Notes under the pieces: generated by a model | The model's database searches: none | Told to the model about the DNA's origin: nothing | What the model saw: only the letters and a program-made list of their open reading frames with translations | NCBI GenBank assembly: GCA_031362805.1 | Contig: JANLTG010000142.1 | Coordinates: 31,328-95,327 of the forward strand | Direction: 5' to 3' | DNA length: 64,000 nucleotides | Source of the DNA: a bacterium | GTDB lineage: Bacteria > Verrucomicrobiota > Verrucomicrobiia > Limisphaerales > RI-55 | Position numbers and translations under genes: made by a program | Part shown: positions 48,094-57,493 of the stretch, piece by piece | How positions within the stretch are numbered: the stretch's first letter is position 1 | How the letters are laid out: every line of letters begins with the position of its first letter

Positions 48094-48630
48094 ATGAACA
48101 TCCAGCAACCCGGCGGACACCTCGATCAAATGCTGCGCCAGACGCGGCAGCACCACGTCCAGCTCAGCTCCATGGCTGACCTTAAAGCCAACCTGCTGAT
48201 CACCATGTCCTCGCTCGTGATGACGCTCTCCGCGCACCTCCTCGAACAGCACCGATTGCAAATCCCCGTGTTGATCCTGATGGTCGGTTGCGGCGTCACC
48301 ATCCTGCTGGGTGCCTACTCGGTGATGCCCAAGCTGCCGCTTCGACGTGGTGATGGACCGCCGCCCGACCCCGCCAGCCCGACGTTTAATCTCCTGTTCT
48401 TCGGTGACTTCACCCGCCTCAGCTACGAGGAGTATGCCGCCGAGATGGAGAAGGTGCTCAACGATCCCAGCCGGACGTATGAGACCATGTTGCGCGAAGT
48501 TTACGCCCTGGGCGTTTTTCTGGCCCACCGCAAATACCGCTGGCTCCGGCTCGCCTACCTCGCGTTCATGACTGGTGTGGCCGCCAGCATTGTGACCGGC
48601 TTGCTGACCCTGCTGCCCGGCCTTTCCTGA
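48094..48630 (+). CDS. Pycsar-effector family (DUF5706-type) membrane protein
   Basis: Start chosen at MNIQQPGG. LSSMADLKANLLITMSSLVMTL, a second TM, then NLLFFGDFTRLSYEEYAAEMEKVLNDPSRTYETMLREVYALGVFLAHRKYRWLRLAYLAFMTGV. This matches my memory of the DUF5706/PycTM pattern (DxKAN...NLLFFGNF..M...E........D....Y......D.Y.LG.VL..KY..LR..Y). Confidence 0.7.
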   Translation: MNIQQPGGHLDQMLRQTRQHHVQLSSMADLKANLLITMSSLVMTLSAHLLEQHRLQIPVLILMVGCGVTILLGAYSVMPKLPLRRGDGPPPDPASPTFNLLFFGDFTRLSYEEYAAEMEKVLNDPSRTYETMLREVYALGVFLAHRKYRWLRLAYLAFMTGVAASIVTGLLTLLPGLS

Positions 48631-48989
48631 GTTCCGACGGCAATGAACCGGAGTCCGCGAAGCCCGGGGAGGCCCGGCGGACAGGGGTGTGGCTCGGCCA
48701 GATCTCGCCGGCTGCATCCTGCGTCGGGCCAGGCTGACGCCCGCAACCGCTCGGCGCGCCCCCTGTGCCGAGGGGGGTAAAATGTCCGAAAAATCTAGTT
48801 GCCGGACCCTTCCGCTTTGGTAAGTTCGCGCCTCTTTTCGCCGGGGCAATGGGCTACGGCGGGGGAGACAACGGCCTGTAAAGCGTTTCGCCCGGATGGG
48901 TGGAGCTGGCCACAACAACATCCAATGCAATCCCGTTTTCCGCGGGATGGTCCGTCAAAAGGACGGATCTGCAACCAAAGGAAAAAGAC

Positions 48990-49775
48990 ATGTCAGAAGC
49001 CACGATTGGTATCAAGGAACTGCTGGACTCCGGCGTTCATTTCGGTCACCAGACCCGCCGGTGGAACCCGAAAATGAAGAAGTTCATTTTCGACGCCCGC
49101 AACGGCATCCACATCATCGACCTCAGCAAATCGCTGCCGCTCCTCGAGAAGGCGTGCGATTTCCTCCGCGAGAAAGTCGCCGGCGGCGGTCGCGTGCTGT
49201 TCATCGCCACCAAGAAGCAGGCCCAGGAGACGGTGCGGGATTCCGCGAAGGCCTGCGGCCAGTTCTTCAGCACCGAGCGCTGGCTCGGCGGCACGCTCAC
49301 TAATTTCAAGACCATCAAGAACTCGATCAAACGGATGAAAGAGATCGAGAAGATGGAAGCCGATGGCTCGATCAGCGCCTACGTGAAGCAGGAACAGTCC
49401 ATGATCCGGCGCGAACACGCCCGGTTGTTCAAGTACCTCGACGGCATCCGCGATCTGGAGCAGTTCCCCGACGCCGTGTTTATCGTGGACGTGAAGCGCG
49501 AACACAACGCCGTCGCCGAGGCACGCAAGTTGAAAATCCCCGTCGTGGCCATCGTGGACACGAACTGCGACCCCGACAAGGTGGACTATCCGATTCCCGC
49601 GAATGACGACGCGATCCGCTCAGTCAAGATTATCCTGGCCACCGTGACGGCGGCCGTCAGCAAAGGCCGCGCGGAATACGACGCCAAGTTCGCCCGCAGT
49701 AAGAAATCCGAAGAAAAGCCGGCCGACGCTGGTGCCCCGGCGCTCGTGGCCGAACCCGCTGCCGCCCAGGCCTGA
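48990..49775 (+). CDS. rpsB: 30S ribosomal protein S2
   Basis: Start at MSEATIGIKELLDSGVHFGHQTRRWNPKMKKFIF, the canonical S2 N-terminus. Confidence 0.95.
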   Translation: MSEATIGIKELLDSGVHFGHQTRRWNPKMKKFIFDARNGIHIIDLSKSLPLLEKACDFLREKVAGGGRVLFIATKKQAQETVRDSAKACGQFFSTERWLGGTLTNFKTIKNSIKRMKEIEKMEADGSISAYVKQEQSMIRREHARLFKYLDGIRDLEQFPDAVFIVDVKREHNAVAEARKLKIPVVAIVDTNCDPDKVDYPIPANDDAIRSVKIILATVTAAVSKGRAEYDAKFARSKKSEEKPADAGAPALVAEPAAAQA

Positions 49776-49800
49776 CTCAGGGAATTTCCCACGTGCTCGG

Positions 49801-49826
49801 CCAGCCTGCGGCTCACTCCGCAGGCT
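49801..49826 (+). other. 10-bp perfect stem-loop in the rpsB-tsf intergenic spacer
   Basis: CAGCCTGCGG-CTCACT-CCGCAGGCTG. No U-tract follows, so it may be an attenuator or processing hairpin. Confidence 0.5.
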
Positions 49827-49866
49827 GCGCCATTTGGAACAAACGCAAATCGAAGAACTATCATTT

Positions 49867-50706
49867 ATGGCTGAAATCACTGCTGCCGCTGTTGGCAAAC
49901 TCCGCGAGATGACGGGCGCCGGTCTCATGGACTGCAAGAAGGCGCTCATCGAAGCGCACGGGAACATGGACCTTGCCGTGGACATTCTTCGCAAAAAAGG
50001 CGCCGCCTCCGCCGCCAAGAAAGCCGGTCGCGACGCCAATGAAGGGCTGATCGTCCAACACATTTTGCCCGGTGCCAAAGCAGGCGTCCTGGTCGAGGTC
50101 AATTGCGAGACGGACTTCGTCGCCCGCAATGAAGGTTTTGGGGCGTTCTGCGCCGACATCGCAAAAAAGATCGCCGGGAATCCGGCGGCGGATTTCGAAG
50201 GCGACCGCGTGGCCGCCGTCGCCAAGATCGGTGAGAACATCAAGATCGCCCGCCATCAACGCCTCGAAGTCAGCGGGCACGGGATCGTCGCCGCCTACAT
50301 TCATACCGGCGCGAAGGTCGGCGTGCTGGTCGAAATTGGAACCGGCAAGGCCGAAACGGTGAGCCAGGAAAACTTTAAGCAGCTCGTCCACGACATCACA
50401 CTGCAGATCGCCGCGGCACAGCCGCACTGTGTGTCCCGTGCCGAGGTGCCCGGTGAAATGCTCGCCAAGGAGAAGGAAATTGCCGCCGAGCAGTTCAAGG
50501 ACAAACCGCCGCAGGCGATTGCCAAGATCGTCGAAGGCAAGCTGGAGAAATTCTATCAGACCTATTGCCTGGTCGATCAGGGCTTCGTCAAGAATGGCGA
50601 GATCCACGTCAAAGACCACATTGAGCAGGTCGGCAAAAAGCTGGACGACACGGTGACCGTGCGCCGCTTCCTCCGCTTCCAGATCGGCGAAGCGCTGCCC
50701 GCCTGA
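49867..50706 (+). CDS. tsf: translation elongation factor Ts
   Basis: MAEITAAAVGKLREMTGAGLMDCKKALIEAHGNMDLAVDILRKKG is the canonical EF-Ts UBA-like N-terminus. The gene lies directly after rpsB. Confidence 0.95.
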   Translation: MAEITAAAVGKLREMTGAGLMDCKKALIEAHGNMDLAVDILRKKGAASAAKKAGRDANEGLIVQHILPGAKAGVLVEVNCETDFVARNEGFGAFCADIAKKIAGNPAADFEGDRVAAVAKIGENIKIARHQRLEVSGHGIVAAYIHTGAKVGVLVEIGTGKAETVSQENFKQLVHDITLQIAAAQPHCVSRAEVPGEMLAKEKEIAAEQFKDKPPQAIAKIVEGKLEKFYQTYCLVDQGFVKNGEIHVKDHIEQVGKKLDDTVTVRRFLRFQIGEALPA

Positions 50707-50731
50707 TCGCGGCTTCGGCTGAAATTAGAAG

Positions 50732-50767
50732 CCCCGGATGGCAAACGCCGTCTGGGGTTTTCATTTT
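50732..50767 (+). terminator. rho-independent terminator of rpsB-tsf
   Basis: CCCCGGATGGC-AAAC-GCCGTCTGGGG gives an 11-bp stem (9 Watson-Crick pairs plus 2 G-U), followed by TTTTCATTTT. It starts 26 nt after the tsf stop. Confidence 0.65.
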
Positions 50768-50780
50768 GAAGCCTGCGCGC

Positions 50781-51212
50781 CTACTTTGTTTCGCCCGCGC
50801 GGGACTTGAGGAACCGCTCCAGCACCTTTGGATTGCCTTCAAAGAACGCGGCGAGATCGGCGAGCGTCGCGAGCGTCTCGGGGCTGAGATGATGTTCAAT
50901 GCCCTCGATGTCCTTGCGCTGGGTGTCTTCGTTCAAACCAAACAAGCTGAAGAACCGGGCCAACGTTTCGTGCCGGCGCTTGATACGCCGCGCGACCTCG
51001 CGGCCCGGCTCGGTGAGGATCAACCCGCGATACTTCTCGTACTTCAGGAAGCCTAGGTCACCCAGTTTCTGCACCATGCTGGTGACGGATGCCTGGCGCA
51101 CCTTGAGCGAGGATGCGATGTCCACGACGCGGGCATAGCCTTTCTCTTCGATCAACTCATGGATGCGTTCGAGATAGTCCTCGGCACTTTGGCTGGGCGT
51201 GGCGACCGGCAT
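50781..51212 (-). CDS. DtxR/MntR family metal-dependent transcriptional regulator
   Basis: Start chosen at MPVATPSQSAEDYLERIHELIEEKGYARVVDIASSLKVRQASVTSMVQKL, a winged HTH typical of DtxR/MntR. 143 aa. The rest of ORF 50781..51911 is an upstream read-through. Confidence 0.85.
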   Translation of the reverse strand: MPVATPSQSAEDYLERIHELIEEKGYARVVDIASSLKVRQASVTSMVQKLGDLGFLKYEKYRGLILTEPGREVARRIKRRHETLARFFSLFGLNEDTQRKDIEGIEHHLSPETLATLADLAAFFEGNPKVLERFLKSRAGETK

Positions 51213-51323
51213 GGCAGGCGGATTGAACCACCGGCCGAGCGCGATTGGCAAGTCTGCCGCGCAAGCGCGGGCGCTTGAACTGGTTCTTGCGCCGACCGCG
51301 ATTTCGGGGAAAGTTCGCCGCCG

Positions 51324-52274
51324 ATGAACGCACGTCACCTGTTTCCCACACTGCTCGCAGCCCTGGCCTTGGTTCTCTCCGGCTGCGGAGAGCCTCCATC
51401 TACGGTGTCCAAACCGGCCGCGCAGGCCATCAGCAATGCTGCGCCGGCGACGCGTACGTTCGAGGTGAAGGGCGTGGTCAAGGAACTGCATCCGGAGAAA
51501 CTCAGCGCCAAGATCAAGCACGAGGAGGTTCCTGATTACATGCCCGCGATGACAATGAATCTGGCCACGCGCGATGCCCAGGAACTGGCGGGCCTCGCGC
51601 CTGACGACCAAATCGTATTCCGTCTGAATGTCACCGGAGAGGAACACTGGATTGATCAGGTGCGCAAAGTGGTCCCCGCCGAAGTCGGCACGCCGTTGAC
51701 CGCGCCGGAGAACTGGCGCCGGGTCCGCGACGTCGAACCGCTCCAGATCGGCGAGCCAATGCCGAACTATGATTTCACAAATGAGGTGGGCCAGGCGCTG
51801 AGCTTGAAGGATCTCCAAGGTCAGGCCTATGCGTTCACCTTCATCTTCACGCGCTGCCCCCTGCCGGACTTTTGTCCACGGATGTCCTCTCACTTTCAAG
51901 CGGTCCAACAAGCTCTCCTCGCCCGCCCGGACGCTCCAAAGAACTGGCGGCTTTACAGCATCACGATGGATCCGGAGTTCGACTCGCCGTCGGTGCTAGA
52001 AGCCTACGCCGCGCGCTACCAATACGACCCGACCACGTGGAGTCACTTGACCGCGCCGCTGATCGACATCACCGCGATTGGCGAACAGTTCGGCCTGGAG
52101 TTTTACAAACCCGACGGGACGATCGAGCACAACCTGCGCACGGTGGTCGTCGATGCTGCCGGCAAGGTGCAGAACATCATCATTGGAAACACGTGGAAGC
52201 CGGAAGAGCTGGTGAACTATCTGGTGGCCGCCGCAGTGGCCAAACCTTCCAGCGACGCACCACCGAAGAATTAA
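51324..52274 (+). CDS. lipoprotein fusing a CusF-like copper-binding domain to an SCO1/SenC thioredoxin-fold domain
   Basis: Lipobox LVLSGC. FEVKGVVKELHPEKLSAKIKHEEVPDYMPAMTMNL resembles the CusF-type H..MxM site. FIFTRCPLPDFCP is the SCO CxxxC motif, followed by ...HNLRTVVVD. Confidence 0.8.
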   Translation: MNARHLFPTLLAALALVLSGCGEPPSTVSKPAAQAISNAAPATRTFEVKGVVKELHPEKLSAKIKHEEVPDYMPAMTMNLATRDAQELAGLAPDDQIVFRLNVTGEEHWIDQVRKVVPAEVGTPLTAPENWRRVRDVEPLQIGEPMPNYDFTNEVGQALSLKDLQGQAYAFTFIFTRCPLPDFCPRMSSHFQAVQQALLARPDAPKNWRLYSITMDPEFDSPSVLEAYAARYQYDPTTWSHLTAPLIDITAIGEQFGLEFYKPDGTIEHNLRTVVVDAAGKVQNIIIGNTWKPEELVNYLVAAAVAKPSSDAPPKN

Positions 52275-52963
52275 GCAGGCGGCCCGTGGCCTTCGCCGTC
52301 CTGGTTTGACGCCGCGTTGGAAGCTTGCGGATCAAGCATCGCCTGCAAGCGCGTTCGATTGGCTGTCTGGCAGAGGAACAGTGCGAAGCTGATTCCCGCA
52401 CCGAAGCCGGCGCCGTAAGTCACGCCCCAGAGCAACATGCCGAATCGATTGTGCAACGGTTCCAATGCGAACAACCAGGAGCCGACAAAGTAGCCCGCCG
52501 TGTGGCCCACTACCAAACCCGCAACGCAACGCCACCGCTGACCAGGCGCTCCAAACGACCAGGCAAACATCAGGCCCATGGCGGCCGGGCCGAGAACCGT
52601 GGCCAGCCATTCGCCATAGTTCGGTACCTTGAACCAGCAGAGCGTCCACACTGCGGCGTACACAAAAAACGAACCGACGAAGAGCCCGTAGAATCTCCCG
52701 AGGTTCTCCCCGATCAAGATGGGTTTGAATACCCCGCCGCCGCCGGCCATGAAGCCGACCGCCAGCACCGAATAGAACAGCAAATCACCAAGTTCCTGCT
52801 GCAACCAGCGCCCGCCGACCGCCCAGACCCCAAACATCAGGACACTCACGATCGTGAAGCCCAGGGTGCCGACGGTCAGGGATTGCTTGAGGTTGGGCAG
52901 CAGCACCGGCTGGCCGGATTCCTTGATCCGCGCCAGCACACTGTCTGGGTCGAGGCCGACCAT
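52271..52963 (-). CDS. polytopic membrane protein, unknown function
   Basis: 230 aa with about 6 hydrophobic segments. Its start overlaps the stop of the upstream beta-propeller gene. Confidence 0.6.
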   Translation of the reverse strand: MVGLDPDSVLARIKESGQPVLLPNLKQSLTVGTLGFTIVSVLMFGVWAVGGRWLQQELGDLLFYSVLAVGFMAGGGGVFKPILIGENLGRFYGLFVGSFFVYAAVWTLCWFKVPNYGEWLATVLGPAAMGLMFAWSFGAPGQRWRCVAGLVVGHTAGYFVGSWLFALEPLHNRFGMLLWGVTYGAGFGAGISFALFLCQTANRTRLQAMLDPQASNAASNQDGEGHGPPA

Positions 52964-54204
52964 CAGTTGACGGTTCCCGGTTTCGCGCCGCCCAGGCTGA
53001 TCAAATGCTCCCAGGTGCGGAAATAGATTTTCCCATTGGCGACCGCCGGCGTGGACCGCGTCAATTCGCCGAGATCGTTTTTCGCCAGCAACTTAAAGTT
53101 GTCGCCCGCGGCAAGGACGACAACTTCACCGGTGTCCGTCGTGCCATACAGGCGGCCGTTGACGCAAACAGGCGAGCTGAAGTAGTTGCCTCCCGCGCGT
53201 TCCTGCCACTTCTGATCGCCGGTCGCGGGATCAATGCACGTCACGATCCCGCCATCGCTCCAGAGATAAACCCGTCCGTCGTACGCGACCGGCGTCGGTA
53301 CGTACGGCGCCGACTTGCGGACATCAAACTTGACGGTCGCCACCCCGGAGCCGTTCACGGGGGGTTGGATGGCGATGACGTAATTGCCACCGGCGCCGCT
53401 GCCGCACGAGGCGAATGTCAGGCCACCGGCGACGATCGGCGAACTGACACTCCGCATTTTAAGCACCGCCACCGCCGTCGACCACACCTGTTTTCCGTTT
53501 GCCGGATCGACCGCGCTGATGCCGTCCTCCTTGGTGTTAAAGATCAGCACCGCCGACTTGCCCGGTTGCTCCAACAGACACGGCACCGAATAATCCGCCA
53601 TCCCGGCTGCGCGCGGCACCGACCACACCTGCTTTCCTGTCCTGCGCTCGACCGCAATGATCGCGCTGGCGAGATCCTGATCGTTGGCGATAATCACAAG
53701 ATCGCCGTGGACGATTGGCGAATGCCCGCTGCCGTGCTGCGATGCGAAGTCCCCCAGCGGCAGCTCCCAAGCTGGCTCACCCGTCTGTTGCAACGCGCAA
53801 AGAAAGATGTGCCCACCGTTCTGCCGCGTGAAATAGACCCGCTCGTCATCCGCTGCACAGGTGGCAGACGCGAATGAGCTGAACTTGTGGAGCTCGTATT
53901 CGCCGTGCGGGTAATCCTTCTTCCAGCGAAGCCTGCCGTCCTTTTCGTCGAGGCACAGCACAGAGAAATTCACCGCATCAGCGGATGAGAGAAAAACGCG
54001 ATCACCCCAAAGCACCGGCGAGGAGTGGCCACCGCCCGGCAGCTTGATCCGCCAATTGTAATCCGCGGCGGTCCATTGAACCGGAACGGTCCGGGCATCG
54101 CTCAGGCCCGTGCCATTGGCGCCGCGGAAGCGCGTCCATTCCTGAGCAGACGCCGTTGTTGTGGTCAAGGCCGTGATCAGCCCAAACAGAAAAAAACATC
54201 TCAT
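52963..54204 (-). CDS. PQQ-like (BamB-family) beta-propeller repeat protein, secreted
   Basis: Start chosen at MRCFFLFGLITALTTTTASAQEW. WTRFRGANGTG and repeated SSPV..GD.VF/ G.L.A.D..TGK..W blades. Confidence 0.8.
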   Translation of the reverse strand: MRCFFLFGLITALTTTTASAQEWTRFRGANGTGLSDARTVPVQWTAADYNWRIKLPGGGHSSPVLWGDRVFLSSADAVNFSVLCLDEKDGRLRWKKDYPHGEYELHKFSSFASATCAADDERVYFTRQNGGHIFLCALQQTGEPAWELPLGDFASQHGSGHSPIVHGDLVIIANDQDLASAIIAVERRTGKQVWSVPRAAGMADYSVPCLLEQPGKSAVLIFNTKEDGISAVDPANGKQVWSTAVAVLKMRSVSSPIVAGGLTFASCGSGAGGNYVIAIQPPVNGSGVATVKFDVRKSAPYVPTPVAYDGRVYLWSDGGIVTCIDPATGDQKWQERAGGNYFSSPVCVNGRLYGTTDTGEVVVLAAGDNFKLLAKNDLGELTRSTPAVANGKIYFRTWEHLISLGGAKPGTVN

Positions 54205-54310
54205 GCAGGAAAGCAGGCTGAGTGTAATCAGGCGATGCGGCGGCCGTTCCATCCCGGGCTGGACGCTTCGGCAACCGCAAGGTTACGGCACGACTCCCAG
54301 GGGGAACCGC

Positions 54311-54535
54311 TCACGCCTTCTCGAAAAGCACGACCAGCATCACATCCGAGGGCGGGTGGTTGGTGCGCGAGAGCGTGTTCTTCACGGCGTCAGTTGCCAG
54401 CGCCTGGGGGGCGACGTTGCCGATGATCTGAACGACCTTGACCTTGCTCTCGCTCAGCCACTGGTTGACGTCGTGCTCGATGGTCGAGGTGTCATCCTCG
54501 CGTCCTTTGAAGATTTTGATTTGGTGCAAGGCCAT
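54311..54535 (-). CDS. small hypothetical protein (Cse60-like pattern)
   Basis: 74 aa: MALHQIKIFKGREDDTSTIEHDVNQWLSESKVKVVQIIGNV...VMLVVLFEKA. The resemblance to the Cse60 family is from memory only. Confidence 0.4.
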   Translation of the reverse strand: MALHQIKIFKGREDDTSTIEHDVNQWLSESKVKVVQIIGNVAPQALATDAVKNTLSRTNHPPSDVMLVVLFEKA

Positions 54536-54707
54536 ACTCCGGTTCCAAGGTTGATCGGGTTATTGGTCGCAGGTTGCCTTTGCCCGCGAGTGACTGCGAG
54601 CAATTTTTTCCAAGCGCCACCCGAGTTGCCCGGTTCTCGCTGGTCAACGGTAGGGACCTCTGCTAGACCCCCGCCCGTGCCGGCGTCCTCGGGACGGCGG
54701 CACAACC

Positions 54708-56594
54708 ATGAATGAGTCATCCGGTGCGGGCTCGCCCCGCCAGACGGCCCTGTTAATCGGCGCCTTGGGCGTCGTATTCGGCGACATCGGCACCAGCCCC
54801 CTCTACGCGCTCCGCGAGTGCTTTGGAGAGCACAGCGGGCTCGATCCCCGGAACCCTGGCAATGTGCTGGGCGTACTCTCGCTGATTTTTTGGACGCTGA
54901 TCCTCATCGTGACGGTGAAGTACCTCGTGCTGGTGATGCGGCTGAACAGCCGCGGTGAAGGCGGCATTCTAACGCTGATGTCCCTGGCGCTGAGGGGTCG
55001 GGAGGGGCAGCCGCGAACTTCGCGATTTCTCGTGCTCATTGGCCTGGCGGGCGCCGCCTTTCTCTATGGCGATGGCATGTTGACGCCGGCCGTCACCGTG
55101 CTGAGCGCCGTTGAAGGCTTACACGAGCTGACGAACGTTTTCGATAAATACGTGGTGCCCCTTACGGTTGTGATTCTGATAGGTCTCTTTGCCTTTCAAA
55201 GGCACGGATCGGGCCGGATGGGCAAGGTGTTTGGACCGATCATGCTGCTTTGGTTCGCGGTGATTGCCTGGCTGGGGCTGGCGCAGATCATCCGCAACCC
55301 CAGCGTGTTGGCGGCGGTGAATCCTATATACGCCCTGGACCTGATCTACGCGGAGAGCTGGCAATCCCTGCGTTTTCTCGGCGCAGTTTTCCTGGTCGTG
55401 ACCGGCGGCGAAGCGCTCTACGCGGACATGGGTCATTTCGGTCTGCCGCCCATTCGCCGTGGCTGGTTTTTGATCGTGCTGCCGGCTTTGCTCCTTAATT
55501 ATCTTGGGCAAGGTGCCCTGCTGATCGACTTTCCCGATCTCGCCCGCCAGCCCTTTTTCAACTTGGCACCCCAATGGGCGTTGATCCCGCTGGTGCTGCT
55601 GGCGACGGCCGCTGCGGTGATCGCCTCGCAAGCGCTGATCTCCGGAGTCTATTCGATCACACTCCAAGCCATTCAACTGGGTTACCTCCCGCGTTTCGAG
55701 ACGCGTCACACTTCATCGTCCGAACGTGGGCAAATATACATGCCGGCGATCAATTACCTCCTGCTGCTGTGCTGCCTCGCGCTGGTAATTGGCTTCGGCT
55801 CGTCTACCAAGTTGGCCGGGGCGTACGGTATTTCGGTGATCTTGACGATGTTGATCACCACGGTGCTGTTCTGGTTCGCGGCACCTGCGCGTTTGAAATG
55901 GCCGGTTTGGGTGGCGGTGGTGGCTACCCTGCCGTTCTTCGGGCTGGAGCTGGCCTTCGGCGCCGCCAATTCGCTCAAGATCGCCGGCAGTGGCTGGGTG
56001 CCCCTCGCCGTGGCGGCGGTCTGCTTCCTAGGATTGACCACCTGGCACCTCGGCCGCCGGTTGCTGCGAGCCCGGCTCGCCAAATCGTACCTGCCCCTCG
56101 ATCTGTTCCTGGAGGACGGCGGCCTCGACAAATTGCCGCGGGTGCCGGGTTGCGCGGTGTTTCTTTCCGGCAGCCCGGACGTGGCGCCCATCGCGCTGCT
56201 GCACAATCTCAAACATAACCGCGTGCTGCATGCGCAAACGGTTTTGTTGACCTTGCAGACCGTGGAGCGCGCGCATGTGCGACCGGAGGAACGACTGACG
56301 GTGCGCACGCTGACCCACGGGTTCCATCAGATCGTCGCCCGCAACGGGTTCATGGAAACACCTGATGTGCGGGCCGCGATCCGCGAGGCGCGCAATTTCG
56401 GACTGGTGATCAACTTCGACGCCGCCTCGTATTTCCTCAGTTTGGAAACGGTCGTGCCGCGGCGGGGCGGAGCCATGGCCTACTGGCGAAAGTGGCTCTT
56501 CGCGCGCATGGCGCGCAATGCCCAGCGGGCGACCGACTTCTTCCAACTGCCGCCGAATCGCGTCGTCGAATTGGGCATGCAGGTCGAGCTGTAA
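54708..56594 (+). CDS. kup: potassium transporter Kup
   Basis: GALGVVFGDIGTSPLYALRECF signature, multi-pass membrane domain, 628 aa. Confidence 0.95.
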   Translation: MNESSGAGSPRQTALLIGALGVVFGDIGTSPLYALRECFGEHSGLDPRNPGNVLGVLSLIFWTLILIVTVKYLVLVMRLNSRGEGGILTLMSLALRGREGQPRTSRFLVLIGLAGAAFLYGDGMLTPAVTVLSAVEGLHELTNVFDKYVVPLTVVILIGLFAFQRHGSGRMGKVFGPIMLLWFAVIAWLGLAQIIRNPSVLAAVNPIYALDLIYAESWQSLRFLGAVFLVVTGGEALYADMGHFGLPPIRRGWFLIVLPALLLNYLGQGALLIDFPDLARQPFFNLAPQWALIPLVLLATAAAVIASQALISGVYSITLQAIQLGYLPRFETRHTSSSERGQIYMPAINYLLLLCCLALVIGFGSSTKLAGAYGISVILTMLITTVLFWFAAPARLKWPVWVAVVATLPFFGLELAFGAANSLKIAGSGWVPLAVAAVCFLGLTTWHLGRRLLRARLAKSYLPLDLFLEDGGLDKLPRVPGCAVFLSGSPDVAPIALLHNLKHNRVLHAQTVLLTLQTVERAHVRPEERLTVRTLTHGFHQIVARNGFMETPDVRAAIREARNFGLVINFDAASYFLSLETVVPRRGGAMAYWRKWLFARMARNAQRATDFFQLPPNRVVELGMQVEL

Positions 56595-56609
56595 GCCGCG
56601 TGGCCGGCT

Positions 56610-57398
56610 TCAAGTCTTGTCGGCGAACGCCTGCAACGCCGTGCGGGTTGCGATCTTGAGTGCCGCCACCCGCACACTGAGCGCAAAGTCCGAAGGCGCC
56701 TCCAGCGTGTAGCTGAGCTGGGTGTGGTGTTGGAAAAGGTAGAATGCTTCCGGCCATTCAGGGCGGTTGGCGGGATTGATCTCAGGTCGGATGATTCCGC
56801 GCTCCGCTCGCCGTCCTTCAATATCCTCCGAGAGATCGATGGGGCAAGCGTCTGCCACCGCTTTGATGATGGCCTCCGCCCGCGAATCGCCGCCCGTGGC
56901 GTTCAATTCGTAGAGGTAAAATCCTTTGGCCTCCCAGTCTTCGTGCAGGCAGAGGGCGGCGTCAAAGGTGGGCAACCGCTCCAGAAACAAGGTGTGCGCC
57001 TGCACTTCAGCGGACGTGGGCTGACGGTAGTCGCGGTTTAAGTCGCAGCCGCTCGCATTGGCGCGGGTGTTGATCGGAAACCCGGAAGGGTTGAGACAGG
57101 GAAACAGCCAGAACTCGATGTTTGCAGGCCAGCAATTCTCTTCAAGCAACTCCAGGACTGCCAGCGGACCCGCGGGTTCATCGCCGTGGATTCCCGTGGA
57201 GAGATAGACACGGTGGTCGGCAGGTTTGCCGGGGCGGTGAAGCGCCGATAAATTTACTCCCGGTTGATTGAGAAATGTCGTCGCCGTCCAGCCCTGCTTT
57301 TCTGCGGCAGCCTGAACTCGGGCGAGGACGCGGCGTATATCGATCGTCTCGCCGAGGTAGCGATCTTGATTGCGGCGGAGCGACTGCGGTAGATTCAT
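56610..57398 (-). CDS. M14-family metallopeptidase (succinylglutamate desuccinylase/aspartoacylase-like)
   Basis: Start chosen at MNLPQSLRRN. Zinc motif YLSTGIHGDEPAGPLA (HxxE), downstream LHED. Confidence 0.7.
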   Translation of the reverse strand: MNLPQSLRRNQDRYLGETIDIRRVLARVQAAAEKQGWTATTFLNQPGVNLSALHRPGKPADHRVYLSTGIHGDEPAGPLAVLELLEENCWPANIEFWLFPCLNPSGFPINTRANASGCDLNRDYRQPTSAEVQAHTLFLERLPTFDAALCLHEDWEAKGFYLYELNATGGDSRAEAIIKAVADACPIDLSEDIEGRRAERGIIRPEINPANRPEWPEAFYLFQHHTQLSYTLEAPSDFALSVRVAALKIATRTALQAFADKT

Positions 57399-57493
57399 CG
57401 GGCCAGAGGGTGCAAACGGCTTTGGTTCGATGCCACGAGAAATTGCTCCGTCAAGAACTTGTCCCGTCCGGCGGGACAAGCGCGCAAGACGGC

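Noticed and set aside
48799-48826. Sigma-70-like promoters: TTGCCG-16 nt-TAAGTT upstream of rpsB, and TTGCAG-17 nt-TATAAA at 58714-58742 upstream of the TPR gene.
   Set aside because: These are plausible by eye, but the promoter consensus for this lineage is unknown to me and such matches occur by chance. I have not listed them as features.
54536-54707. Possible riboswitch (for example c-di-AMP/ydaO-type) in the 172-nt leader of kup.
   Set aside because: Only a short hairpin (CCGGCGTCC-TCG-GGACGGCGG) sits just before the start codon. I could not recognise the conserved ydaO core elements, and this would need an Infernal scan to settle.
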